Below are positions 46,698 through 56,606 of a DNA stretch of 64,000 nucleotides, in pieces (position 1 is the first letter of the stretch; every line of letters starts with the position of its first letter). A program made the translations under genes and the position numbers. The notes under the pieces are model-generated. The model was given only the letters and a program-made list of their open reading frames with translations. It did not search any database and was not told the origin of the DNA. The DNA is from Bacteriovoracia bacterium (GTDB lineage Bacteria > Bdellovibrionota > UBA1018 > JBFWNL01): assembly GCA_050251055.1 (NCBI GenBank), contig JBFWNL010000001.1:757055-821054 (forward strand), written 5' to 3'.

Positions 46698-48196
46698 CCG
46701 AGAAAAGCACCAAGAAGACGAAGAAGTCGCCGAAAACCAGCTCCACGTTCGTGGAAAACCCCTTTCAAATGCCCCACGTGGACGTGGAAGCGGCCCAAAA
46801 CTCGAACGAGGAGTTAATCTTGGACGAGCCCACGGAAGAAACCATGGACGAGACGACCGGTGACTTGGCGACGGACTCAGGACCCGCCTCGGAAGAATTC
46901 TCGCCCATCTTCTCGGCCGATGAAGAAGCCCAGCTCAACAAGCTCACCGACGCCATGGTCGAGCAACAGGCGAAGGACCTAGCCGACGCCGAAGCGGCCG
47001 CCACTTCTCTCGAGGAAGAATCCAAGCTCGAGCTCGCCCGCCAGATCGCGGAAGACGAAGCGCTCGAGCGCCAGCTTGCCGAAGAGCAGAAGCAACTGGA
47101 CGAAGAAGGCGATGCCGAGCTGCGCGCCGCCCTCCCACAAGCCAACGCCAGCGGAGAGCTGGATCTGATCGAGATCCAATCGTGCATCGAAACGCTGCTT
47201 TTCATGACTGACAAGCCCATGCCGATCAAGAAAATCAAAGCCTACCTAACTGGTGATGCGGGCGAAGCCGCCGATGTAACGGAAGCCCCGGCCACCGAAA
47301 TGGCTGAGTCGGCCGAAGCCGCCGCGAGTGAGGACGCCCCGGCCAAGTCTAAATCAAAAAAATCCGACACGAACAAAATCAACGCCAAACTGTTCAAGGA
47401 AGCCGTTGCCGCCATGAAGGAACGTTACGCGCATCCCGCCCACGGCATGGAACTCGTGGAAGTCGCCGGCGGGTTGCAGTTCCGCACGAAGCCCGGCCGC
47501 GCCGCGCTCGCGCGCCTACTCTCGAAGGTAACTACGCAGCGGCTCTCCCGCGGCGCCATGGAAACACTCGCGATCATCGCCTACAAACAACCGATGATGA
47601 AGGAAGAGATCGACGCGATTCGCGGGGTCGATTCATCCCACTTTATCCGCGGCCTACTCGAAAAGAAGCTCGTGGAAATCATGGGACGCTCGGACCTTCC
47701 GGGCCGTCCGATGCTGTACAAAACCTCGGAACACTTCCTCGAAGTCTTCGGCCTCAATGAGCTGACGGACATGCCGCCCCTACGCGAACTCGAGAAGATG
47801 ATCCCATCCTCCGAGACCGAGGGCGGCGAAGAAAAGGAAAGCGACGACCCGAAAACGCGCATGCTCCGCAAGCTCGTGGGCGAGATGCGCTTGAACTCGG
47901 ATCAGCTGGGCTACAACCCGCAGGAAGACGAGGTCATCCTGCGCGAGATCAAGGAACGCGTGAAGGGCATTTCGACTACCACGCCGTACCTGGCCCAGCA
48001 GGCCGAGCAGGAAAAGCTAGCCCGCGAAGGCGGGCCCGCTGGCGCGACCGCGACCGATCCGGAAGCCAACGCCCACATCGGCGAAGGCGCCCAGCCAGAG
48101 CTTTTGGCCTCGGAAGTGGCGCCAGATGCCCAGGCGGAAGCTCCGTCCGAGTCCCTGGACTCCGACGCGGCCGCTGATCCCGAACTCTCCAACTAA
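46694..48196 (+). CDS. scpB: SMC-Scp complex subunit ScpB with long acidic N- and C-terminal extensions
   Basis: IETLLF, VAGGLQFRT, LSRGAMETLAIIAYKQP, IRGVDS, PGRPMLY. Confidence 0.93.
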   Translation: MTEKSTKKTKKSPKTSSTFVENPFQMPHVDVEAAQNSNEELILDEPTEETMDETTGDLATDSGPASEEFSPIFSADEEAQLNKLTDAMVEQQAKDLADAEAAATSLEEESKLELARQIAEDEALERQLAEEQKQLDEEGDAELRAALPQANASGELDLIEIQSCIETLLFMTDKPMPIKKIKAYLTGDAGEAADVTEAPATEMAESAEAAASEDAPAKSKSKKSDTNKINAKLFKEAVAAMKERYAHPAHGMELVEVAGGLQFRTKPGRAALARLLSKVTTQRLSRGAMETLAIIAYKQPMMKEEIDAIRGVDSSHFIRGLLEKKLVEIMGRSDLPGRPMLYKTSEHFLEVFGLNELTDMPPLRELEKMIPSSETEGGEEKESDDPKTRMLRKLVGEMRLNSDQLGYNPQEDEVILREIKERVKGISTTTPYLAQQAEQEKLAREGGPAGATATDPEANAHIGEGAQPELLASEVAPDAQAEAPSESLDSDAAADPELSN

Positions 48197-48255
48197 TTTA
48201 GCCTACTATTCGGCTAGTTCCCCGTCCTTGCCTGTGGTAAGGCTGCCGTACACTT

Positions 48256-48993
48256 ATGGCCACCGAACGCCTGCAAAAAATCCTATCCCAACTGGGCATC
48301 GCATCCCGGCGTGCGGCCGAAGCCATGATCCGAGAGGGCTCCATCACCATCAATGGCCGGCCCGCAAAACTAGGAGATAAAGCCGACCTCACCACCGACG
48401 CCGTCAAGGTAAACGGCAAGCTACTACGGGCTTCGCAAAAGCAGGAGCGGGTTTGCTACGCCTTCTTCAAACCCAAAGGCGTGATCTCTATGATTACGGA
48501 CGACGCCGAAGGGCGCACCACGATCAAGCATTTCCTGGACACGAAAAAGAACCTTCCTAAAGCCAAACTTTTCCCGGTCGGCCGCCTGGATTTCAATGGT
48601 GAAGGCATCGTGCTGCTCACCAACGACGGTGATCTGGCGGAAAGGCTGCAAAAGTCCGACAAGCTCCCGCGCGTGTATAAGGTGAAAATCAAGGGTCACC
48701 CCACCGAGGCGGACCTCGCTAAGATCCTCAAAGGCGCGAAGCTCGAGAACAAGCTCGTACGCCCCAGCGCAGTCCACCTGACCGAAAAGCTCACGTCAAA
48801 GTCGCAGATTGAGATCACTTTCCTTCAAAGCGGCGCCGTCGACGTGCGCGCTTTCCTACAAACAAAGGGATTTCTCGCCGAGAAGATCACGCGCATCGCG
48901 CTGGGCGGACTGAGCATCGCGGGCATGAAGACGGGCGATCTCTGGCCGGTAAGCCCCAAGCAGGTCGAAAAAGCCTTATTGGCCTATGCCTAA
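48256..48993 (+). CDS. rluB: rRNA pseudouridine synthase, RsuA/RluB family
   Basis: S4 domain RLQKILS..ASRR; PVGRLD; LLTNDG; follows scpAB. Confidence 0.85.
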   Translation: MATERLQKILSQLGIASRRAAEAMIREGSITINGRPAKLGDKADLTTDAVKVNGKLLRASQKQERVCYAFFKPKGVISMITDDAEGRTTIKHFLDTKKNLPKAKLFPVGRLDFNGEGIVLLTNDGDLAERLQKSDKLPRVYKVKIKGHPTEADLAKILKGAKLENKLVRPSAVHLTEKLTSKSQIEITFLQSGAVDVRAFLQTKGFLAEKITRIALGGLSIAGMKTGDLWPVSPKQVEKALLAYA

Positions 48994-50326
48994 AGCCCCT
49001 CGCCTTCGCGATCCCGTGCTTTGGATCTTTGCGCTCGGGGTGGCTCTACGCGTGTTCATGAGTTTTCGCATTCATTTCGGAACCGACGACATCGCGATCT
49101 ATCATCAAGCGCTGGACCTATATCTCGACGGACACCTCTCGCCGGTGGGTGCGCGGGTCGTATACTCAAACACCCAGATCCCGGGCGCCCTGCAGTCGCT
49201 GCTCATGGGCCTGCCGCTCTTTTTGAGCGGTGGCATGCCGCAAGGCCCAGCGGTTTTCCTCGCCCTCTGGAATTCCGCCGCGCTGGCCGTGATTTACGTG
49301 TGGGTGCGTGAACTCTTTCCGAGATTGGAGCGCCTCCCGCTCGCGGGGTGGGTTTTTCTCTGTCCGTGGAGCCTGGCATTTATCGAACTTTGGAACCCAA
49401 GCTTCCTCCCCCTTTTTTCGGCGTTGTTTTTTTTCGCCCTTTGGCGGCTGGAGCAGAAACCCGGGAATCACTGGGCGGCGCTAACCGCCGCGGCATGCGT
49501 AATGGCTTGCCTGCAGCTGCATCTTTCGTTTGTCGTGCTCGCGGCGCTGCTCGGCCTCTGGATATTGCGTCACTGGCGGAATGCCTCGTGGATGGGGCTC
49601 GTAGGCGGTGTCGCTTTGGGTGGCTTGACGTTAGTGCCCTACTTCGCACATCAGTGGGCCTCGGCGCAGGGAAATCCCTTCCTGGCGGGAAATGTCGTCT
49701 TGCATCTCGACCGTGTTCTACAGTGGCCCATGATCTGCCTTCGTTTTCTGGCTTTTTCCACCGGTGAGCTCACCCGGTTTATTAGCCTCCCGGGCAAAGG
49801 CTTCGGTGGAACCCTCAGTCTCGTGACCGAGCACGCCTGGCTCATCCCCCTTTACGTCCTAACCCTGCTCGGGACGGTGGCGCTGATCGTCTTGGGTGTC
49901 TGCGGACTCGGCCGGATGATCCGCTATTGGCGGCTCGTTCCGCATACTCCCGACGAATTCATTGCCACCCTCGTCCTTGATGCACTGCTTGCGACGTGCG
50001 TAGGATTTCTCGTTTCGATCAAGGATCCCTCCGCGCACACGTTTTGGATTCTCTTCCCCCTTTCCTTCCTGCCCGTAGCCGCGAAACTCGCCTCCCGGCC
50101 CATGCAAAAGCGTCGACGTATCCCCGCCTGGGGGATTGCCACGTATTTGGCTGCGTCGGTCCTGTTCCTGCTGCTGGCGTATCCTAAAGTTCCAACCAAT
50201 TCCCCATTGCGGGACGCCGTGAGCCTCGCCCGTGGCCACTACCCTCAACCCATCGACACCCTGCCGGGCTCGGCGGAGGCGCGCGCCGCGGCCGAGGCCC
50301 TTTATCGAGTTTGGTCGCGCAGGTAG
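48986..50326 (+). CDS. GT-C fold (ArnT/PMT-like) membrane glycosyltransferase
   Basis: Multi-TM; acidic DD after TM1; WNPSFLP, QLH motifs. Confidence 0.6.
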   Translation: MPKAPRLRDPVLWIFALGVALRVFMSFRIHFGTDDIAIYHQALDLYLDGHLSPVGARVVYSNTQIPGALQSLLMGLPLFLSGGMPQGPAVFLALWNSAALAVIYVWVRELFPRLERLPLAGWVFLCPWSLAFIELWNPSFLPLFSALFFFALWRLEQKPGNHWAALTAAACVMACLQLHLSFVVLAALLGLWILRHWRNASWMGLVGGVALGGLTLVPYFAHQWASAQGNPFLAGNVVLHLDRVLQWPMICLRFLAFSTGELTRFISLPGKGFGGTLSLVTEHAWLIPLYVLTLLGTVALIVLGVCGLGRMIRYWRLVPHTPDEFIATLVLDALLATCVGFLVSIKDPSAHTFWILFPLSFLPVAAKLASRPMQKRRRIPAWGIATYLAASVLFLLLAYPKVPTNSPLRDAVSLARGHYPQPIDTLPGSAEARAAAEALYRVWSRR

Positions 50327-50362
50327 CTCGACAATTGAACGCCCTGCCCCTACACTAGGAGC

Positions 50363-50815
50363 ATGTTCAAGCTCACCGACCTACGCGTGGAAGATATTCT
50401 GCAGTTTAAGACGCCGGCCGCCGTCATGACGATTCTGCCGGAAGCGCCGCTCACGACCGCGGCGAAGATGATGCACGAGAAAAATGTAGGTTTACTCGTC
50501 GTGGCCGATGCAACGGGCGCGCCCGTGGGCGTGCTTTCAGAGCGCGACATCGTCCGCCGCGCAGTGGTTCCGGGAAAATCCATGTCCGACACTCCGGTCT
50601 CCGCGATCATGACGCCGAAGCCAACCTTTACCTATCCTACCGAAACCATCCCAGAGTGCCTGATGAAGTTCAACACTTACCACTGCCGCCATCTACCGGT
50701 GGCGAAGCCAGGCCATCCGCTTTTGGGTATTATCTCTGAGCGCGACGTGATGAACTTTCTCCTGCAGAAGTTCCGCGAGGAAAACCTGCTCATCTTTGAA
50801 GAGCTCAAGCTCTAG
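50363..50815 (+). CDS. CBS-domain pair protein
   Basis: GVLSERD, RHLPV, GIISERD; SD AGGAG. Confidence 0.9.
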   Translation: MFKLTDLRVEDILQFKTPAAVMTILPEAPLTTAAKMMHEKNVGLLVVADATGAPVGVLSERDIVRRAVVPGKSMSDTPVSAIMTPKPTFTYPTETIPECLMKFNTYHCRHLPVAKPGHPLLGIISERDVMNFLLQKFREENLLIFEELKL

Positions 50816-50828
50816 GCCATTAAACCGC

Positions 50829-51857
50829 TCACCAGCGCCACCAAAAATCCAACCCGAATGACAGCGTGCCTTCCTTGGTGTTCGGCCGAGAAAAATCTTC
50901 GGAAGCCACGCCCAACATCCACGTGAAAGAGTCGTAAACGTAGGCCACGGCCAGGATGCCGCCTAGCGACCCTTTACTGAAGTCGAACTGCGGGCCTAGG
51001 ATCAAACGGTTCCAGTCACCGAACAAGAACGCCACCGAGGTCAGCAGCTTCGGCGACCACCGGTCGTCAGCGGAGCTTAAAAACGCCACTTTCTCGTGCG
51101 GACTTTGGATAATGAGTTTGTAGTAACTAATGAAGCGCGAGTTAGAAATGATGTCGCTCAAAATACCGAAGCTGCCCTGGAAACGAGGTGCATAGGCATC
51201 GTATTCGATGGACCCGATGCCGGCCAAGCGCAGGTCGGCATTCTCGAAAACGGCGTGTTTGAAAGTAAGATTCGGTCGACCCACGAAATTCAGAAGCGGC
51301 GAGGTCGACACGGTGAGATTCGGTGTCCAACCGTACCCCACGATGCTGGGCCCTACGATCCAATCGCCTTGGCTCAACGGCGCGGCCGTATGCCGAAACC
51401 AAACTCCTTCATAAGCAAAAGGCTCGTAGCGCGCGGAAAGTCCCCTCACGTTTCGATGCATGAGATCAAACCGCGGCGGAATCAAGTCGTTACGCGTGGT
51501 ATGATCGACGGGCAGTACGCAATCCCCTTGGCGGATCAAAGCTTCGCGTTCATGAACCTCGACGTTTAGAAGCAACACCGAAGGCTCCAGCGCCGACTGC
51601 AGGAACGCGACTCCTAGCACGCGACCGGTGTCTTGGTCGGAGATTGCGAAGTAAGGACCGGTGGCCCCCGGAGCCTGGGTAGACTTCAGGCGCGCACGTA
51701 GCGTCGTGGCGGAAACGATTTCCTCGACGAACCCCGGCGCCGGGCATTCGGCGGCGAGAACAAAGGCCGGCGGGCTAGATAGGATCGCGGCTCCCAGCAG
51801 GAGACCACGCCCGCACCGCGAATGCCGCGAATAAAATGAAACGCAAGCACGTAACAT
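50829..51857 (-). CDS. Hypothetical outer-membrane protein
   Basis: Signal-like N-terminus; beta-strand-rich; aromatic C-terminus FGLDFWWRW. Confidence 0.55.
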   Translation of the reverse strand: MLRACVSFYSRHSRCGRGLLLGAAILSSPPAFVLAAECPAPGFVEEIVSATTLRARLKSTQAPGATGPYFAISDQDTGRVLGVAFLQSALEPSVLLLNVEVHEREALIRQGDCVLPVDHTTRNDLIPPRFDLMHRNVRGLSARYEPFAYEGVWFRHTAAPLSQGDWIVGPSIVGYGWTPNLTVSTSPLLNFVGRPNLTFKHAVFENADLRLAGIGSIEYDAYAPRFQGSFGILSDIISNSRFISYYKLIIQSPHEKVAFLSSADDRWSPKLLTSVAFLFGDWNRLILGPQFDFSKGSLGGILAVAYVYDSFTWMLGVASEDFSRPNTKEGTLSFGLDFWWRW

Positions 51858-51869
51858 TCCGCAGCTATA

Positions 51870-52847
51870 CTACATTAACCCCAGGGCGGCCAGCTGATGC
51901 AGCGCTTGGATGACGACTTGAGGACACTCTTTTTGCGGCAGATGTCCGCATTCCGCGATCGACTGAAATACCGCGCCCGGCACCAGGTCCTTGAAAATTC
52001 GTCCTTGCTCAAGCGGGATAATCCGATCCGCCTCGCCCCAGAGAATCATCGTTGGTACCCGCAGCTGCGAGAGGTTTGCGTCCAGGTAATCCTCCGGCGT
52101 TTGCGCCGCTAGCCCACCGGCCGTGGGCGCGGACTTCATCCGCTCCACGGCGAGCTTCCATACTTCATCCGGCAACGGACGGGGCTTGTAGTACGCACGC
52201 GCCTGAAACTCTTTCAGTCCTTCCACCGTGGGCTCGCGAAACAGCTTCGCCACCGGATCGTTCGGATCCCGGGTTGCGGAAAATGCGCGGATCCCCGCTG
52301 GGCTCAGTAGAAGCAACCGGCTCGCCAGCGCGGGATGATCCAGCGCAAGCCAGCTCGCTACCCACCCCCCGAGGCTATTGCCGACGATCACCCGCTCATC
52401 GCAGCCCTCTAACTTCGCCAGCGACGCGGATACCGTTTGCGCCAACCGACGCACCCGAAAGTCCTCCGGTTGCACGGGCGGCGGCGATTTCCCAGCCGCC
52501 GGTAAATCCAGCGCCACCAGCCGTACCGGAATCTTCCAAGTCGCGCCTTCTGCCACGAGCAGCCTTCGCCAAGTGAGACCCTCGTCGGCCATCCCGTGGA
52601 TCAGCACAACACAGCGGCAGACGGGGGAGGCGGTCGCGGTCTTTTTCGCGCAGTGATTTCTTTCGTAGGCGTGCAGGCTGCCGAGCTGGATTTCCTGAAC
52701 TCCGGCTCGCCAAAGCTCGAATTGGCGACGAAGCCCTTCGCGCTCAATCGCGAACCCCCGCCCGAACCAGGCGTAACCGATGGCCAGCGACGCCACCACG
52801 ACGATGGCGACTCCGATTTTCAGCTTATGGCGCCGCATAGACGCCAT
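51870..52847 (-). CDS. Alpha/beta hydrolase
   Basis: LIHG, GNSLGG nucleophile elbow, WGEAD, GHLP. Confidence 0.92.
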   Translation of the reverse strand: MASMRRHKLKIGVAIVVVASLAIGYAWFGRGFAIEREGLRRQFELWRAGVQEIQLGSLHAYERNHCAKKTATASPVCRCVVLIHGMADEGLTWRRLLVAEGATWKIPVRLVALDLPAAGKSPPPVQPEDFRVRRLAQTVSASLAKLEGCDERVIVGNSLGGWVASWLALDHPALASRLLLLSPAGIRAFSATRDPNDPVAKLFREPTVEGLKEFQARAYYKPRPLPDEVWKLAVERMKSAPTAGGLAAQTPEDYLDANLSQLRVPTMILWGEADRIIPLEQGRIFKDLVPGAVFQSIAECGHLPQKECPQVVIQALHQLAALGLM

Positions 52848-52868
52848 GAATATATCTTATCTTCGCGG

Positions 52869-53303
52869 TTAAGGCATAGCTTCGTTTAAGAGCAGCCAGT
52901 ACATCCCAAGTTGTTGAATACTTTCGTCGAATTGCTCAGCGTCAATGGGTTTCACGATGTAACTATTTGCCCCGCCTTCGTATCCGCGCAGCAGGTCCTT
53001 TTCCTCACGACTGGAGGTTAAAATGATTACCGGCAGCAATCGTGTCCTTTCGTCGGCCCGAATCCGCCTTAAAACTTCGATCCCGTCGACTTTAGGCAAA
53101 TGTAAGTCCAACAGCACCACCTGGGGAAGGTCCGACGTGCTTCGAGTTGCATACTTACCGGTGCAAAACAGGTACTCCAACGCTTCTGCTCCGTCCCGGG
53201 CGACCACGACCTCGTTCTTCACACGCGCCTTATGAAATGCCCGCTTAGTCAGAGCTTCATCATCCTGGCTATCCTCAACCAGCAGAATCGATCGATTTTG
53301 CAT
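52869..53303 (-). CDS. Single-domain response regulator (Rcp1-like)
   Basis: ILLVED, LLDLHLP, LTSS, GANSYIVKP; start taken as ATG 53303. Confidence 0.93.
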   Translation of the reverse strand: MQNRSILLVEDSQDDEALTKRAFHKARVKNEVVVARDGAEALEYLFCTGKYATRSTSDLPQVVLLDLHLPKVDGIEVLRRIRADERTRLLPVIILTSSREEKDLLRGYEGGANSYIVKPIDAEQFDESIQQLGMYWLLLNEAMP

Positions 53304-54729
53304 GAATCTTCCCCTCCGTATTGGAAAGCGTGAAAAAAAATGTCGCACCTTCATCGGGTTTGCTTTCAGCCCAAATTCTTCCCCCGTGACGATGAATGAT
53401 TCGTTGGACGGTGGCCAATCCAATCCCGGTGCCTTCGAATTCCTGGACTGTATGAAGGCGCTGAAAGGTTCCGAAGAGCTTCTGAGCGTACTGCATGTCG
53501 AAACCAGCTCCGTTGTCCCTCACAAAATAAACCCCCGGCTCGGGGGAGGCGAATTCGATGCGGGGATCCACGCGTTTTCCGGTAAACTTCCAAGCGTTTC
53601 GCAAGAGATTGGTCAAAACAATGTGCAGCAGCTGTGGGTCGCCCCTCACGATCACACCCGCTTGCGCCAAAAAATCCACTTTTCTCTCGGGACTGCCTTG
53701 ACGCAAATCTTCGATGATCCCCGACGCCATCTCGGACAAATTTGTCGCTTCCTGCTTCATTTCTTTCCGCGCCAAACTCGATAAATTCAATAAACTATCG
53801 ATCAAGTTTCCCATTTTTTTTGCGGAGTTCACCACGCGAACCAGCGTCGCCTTCCCTTCTTCGGGAAGGGCCGATCCGTAATCCTCCAAAACCACGTTAC
53901 TAAAACCCACCACTCCTCGTAGCGGCGCTCTCAAATCATGCGCCACCGAGTAACTGAACGCCTCGAGTTCCTTAAGCAAGCTGCGGATTCGATCCGCCAT
54001 GAAGTTTGCCCGTTTAGCCACTTCTTCTAACTCATCATGGCTATTGATCTGAATGGGAGCGCTAAAATCACCCTGACCAAATCTGACCAAGCCCCCGGAA
54101 AGCGCCGAAAGCGAACGCAGAATGCTGCGACTGAGGCCAAAGGTCAGCAATATCACCGTGCACATGCAGATCACGCTGATGAGGATCAGGCTACGGCCGT
54201 TGGTCGCCTGGGTCTTGGAGATGGCCGTAAACGCCTCCAGTAGCTTCCCCCGATCCAGCATCGTCACGTCCCGCAAAAGCAAACTCACCCGGTTATGTTT
54301 GCTCTGCATCGTGTTCATGGCGTCGACCAGGGTCTCCCCCGTTTCTCCGGCGATAAGCCGTCGGGAAACCGCGTTGGCGTCCGAGTAATACCCCTCCATC
54401 GCCGCGGCAAGTTCGGCGGCCCGTTCGGGCCCAACCACACTTCCGGCATTCCGAATCTCCTCCACCAGCGTTTCCACGATCGCGCGATTAGATTCCAAAG
54501 CCTCCGCGTCTTGCGCGGCCACGCTATCCTGCAGGCCGCGACGCACGCGCTCATACCCCCCCTGTAAACGGGGACCTAGCTCTAAAATTGGGATATAGCG
54601 GTCCTGAATTTGCGTCAATTCACGATCCATCCGGGATGCCAAGTAGAGTCCGGTGCCGATCAGGACCAGAAAAGCTAACGCCGCGGTTCCGACGACGATA
54701 CCTAACTTCGCGCGAATCGTGATCTTCAT
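53275..54729 (-). CDS. Membrane sensor histidine kinase (TM-periplasmic-TM-HAMP-HisKA-HATPase)
   Basis: FSYSVAHDLRAP, NAWKF, DNGAGF, FQRLH, GTGIGL. Confidence 0.95.
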   Translation of the reverse strand: MKITIRAKLGIVVGTAALAFLVLIGTGLYLASRMDRELTQIQDRYIPILELGPRLQGGYERVRRGLQDSVAAQDAEALESNRAIVETLVEEIRNAGSVVGPERAAELAAAMEGYYSDANAVSRRLIAGETGETLVDAMNTMQSKHNRVSLLLRDVTMLDRGKLLEAFTAISKTQATNGRSLILISVICMCTVILLTFGLSRSILRSLSALSGGLVRFGQGDFSAPIQINSHDELEEVAKRANFMADRIRSLLKELEAFSYSVAHDLRAPLRGVVGFSNVVLEDYGSALPEEGKATLVRVVNSAKKMGNLIDSLLNLSSLARKEMKQEATNLSEMASGIIEDLRQGSPERKVDFLAQAGVIVRGDPQLLHIVLTNLLRNAWKFTGKRVDPRIEFASPEPGVYFVRDNGAGFDMQYAQKLFGTFQRLHTVQEFEGTGIGLATVQRIIHRHGGRIWAESKPDEGATFFFTLSNTEGKIHAKSIDSAG

Positions 54730-54737
54730 GGAGGAGC

Positions 54738-55190
54738 TTACTTAATGCTCACCATCTTTATGCCGTTGGCCGCTGAACCGGCGGCCAAGGAGTCGCCGGA
54801 AACGTACCCTATCGAGCCGGGGTACTTCACCACATAGCGAATTACCTCGGCATCACTGACCAATTCAGGGGGGGGCACGTCGCGGCCCGAAAAAATGAGC
54901 TGCTGCCAATAACTTTTGACTCCGTTGACGGAACGCCTCAGCACCTCTTGGGAGAACCGCCGCCGGGCCGGGGAGTCGGGGCGTAAATCCACCGGCTGAA
55001 TCGATCCGTCCTCTGGCCATTGAGTCACCTTCTTGAAAAACACGTCCGCCAAGAACTTCCGCTCCAAACTCACGATGGGGTTTTGCGAATTCACGATCAC
55101 GACAAACCCCGAGGGGCGATCCTCCGCTTGGGACGGAGACGCGATGATAACCGCGACCAAAAGACCTACCATCCGGATTCTGCTTGCCAT
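54738..55190 (-). CDS. Small periplasmic-binding-protein-like (PstS-like) protein
   Basis: Signal peptide; VVIVN, YWQQLIFSG..PP, PGSIGYV. Confidence 0.75.
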   Translation of the reverse strand: MASRIRMVGLLVAVIIASPSQAEDRPSGFVVIVNSQNPIVSLERKFLADVFFKKVTQWPEDGSIQPVDLRPDSPARRRFSQEVLRRSVNGVKSYWQQLIFSGRDVPPPELVSDAEVIRYVVKYPGSIGYVSGDSLAAGSAANGIKMVSIK

Positions 55191-55197
55191 GGCTCCC

Positions 55198-56346
55198 TCA
55201 AAAATATGCGGTCGTCTTCAACAAGAAAGCGCCCCAGCTTTCGGTCAGGCCGCTCAAAGGCGTTCCGCCGTTAAGTCCCGTAGTGAGACTGGCCGTTCCA
55301 CGCATCCAATGCGCCTCGGCTTTCACTAGCCAAAATTGATTGAGATCGAATCGAAAGGTGGCGGCCAAGTCGTGCTGATAGCTTTCCCGGCCCTCCCGCC
55401 GATCGACATTAGGGAAGAAAACGGAATACTGAAGCGCCGGCTGGAGCCACGGATTTACTCGGTAGGACGTCATCACATAAGCTCGTTCGTTGGTGACATT
55501 ACTTTGGGGGATGAGCGCCGTATTCGTACTATTGATTACGCGTGCATACCAGCGCCCGTATTCCGCGGCTACCAGCAGATCGTCCTTTACGTATTCAAGC
55601 GATCCCACCCAAAGGGCCACGGGAATATCGACCGACGCAGACGTCGTCGTCGAGCTGACCACGATGGTCGTATCCAACTGCAGCGCTTGGATCGTTCCGC
55701 CCACGCGCAGGCCATCGATTGGGGTATCCCACAACAATCTCCCTCCCACGACATAGGGGACGTCTAGCTCACTCACGACCACCGTACTTCCCGGAGTATT
55801 CGAAATGCCCATGAAGATCGTACCCCCATACAAGCGGTACTCAAGCGAACCCGCGGAGCCATGTCCGGTGTAACCATAGACCTCAAAGCCATTTTGCGCT
55901 AAAAGGTAGTCGCGATTCAGAGGTGGGTAAACTGCTTGTGGCAGTAAAATCGCGGCCCGGGAAGAGTCGATATCACTACTCTCGTTATAGAGCCCAAAAG
56001 GCAATTTAACCCGGCCGAAGCGCAGGCCAAATCGATCCGAAGGGTGATAGTCCAAATAAAACCAATCGAGTTTCGCATTGAAGTTCCCCGTCGGCCCCAG
56101 GTTCCGGACGAAAAGCTGGGCCCCCATGCGAAGCTCTTCACTTAATTTCTTGGTAAAATTGATGCCGGCTTCCGTGAAACTAAAGCTCCCTTTTTCCGAG
56201 GACGTCAGGAAGTTATTCGCCGTAGTCTTGATGAACCCCTGACTAACGAAAGCATGGGCCTCGATAGGGGAAGACTCCTCCGCCAACACCACCCCCGATG
56301 AAAGCAGACCGACCAACCAAAGATATTTGCGCACGTTTGAAATCAA
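55198..56346 (-). CDS. Porin-like outer-membrane protein
   Basis: Signal peptide; FVSQG, LDWFYLDY, GRVKLPFGLYNE; C-terminal Phe. Confidence 0.75.
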   Translation of the reverse strand: MISNVRKYLWLVGLLSSGVVLAEESSPIEAHAFVSQGFIKTTANNFLTSSEKGSFSFTEAGINFTKKLSEELRMGAQLFVRNLGPTGNFNAKLDWFYLDYHPSDRFGLRFGRVKLPFGLYNESSDIDSSRAAILLPQAVYPPLNRDYLLAQNGFEVYGYTGHGSAGSLEYRLYGGTIFMGISNTPGSTVVVSELDVPYVVGGRLLWDTPIDGLRVGGTIQALQLDTTIVVSSTTTSASVDIPVALWVGSLEYVKDDLLVAAEYGRWYARVINSTNTALIPQSNVTNERAYVMTSYRVNPWLQPALQYSVFFPNVDRREGRESYQHDLAATFRFDLNQFWLVKAEAHWMRGTASLTTGLNGGTPLSGLTESWGAFLLKTTAYF

Positions 56347-56567
56347 GATACAAAAAGGATCATCCGAAATCAGATCATTCTGGAGTTAATATTTCTTAAA
56401 CCAGACTTTCTGCCGGAAACGACCGTCAAAAAAAAATTGGAAGTGGGCCTGACTGGCGAGAACGGCCAAGAAAACCTGAAATTAGACGCAATCCATCCTG
56501 CGCTGTCTTACGAATTCTTAATTTTCTTTGGCGTCGCGCAATCCGTAGCCAATGACCGTCGGACGGA

Positions 56568-56595
56568 TAAAAAGAAAGACGTCTTCAGCCGATAG
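56568..56595 (+). promoter_or_regulatory. Putative sigma28/FliA promoter
   Basis: TAAA-N16-GCCGATAG, 11 nt before ATG 56607. Confidence 0.55.
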
Positions 56596-56606
56596 GTACC
56601 CAGAAA

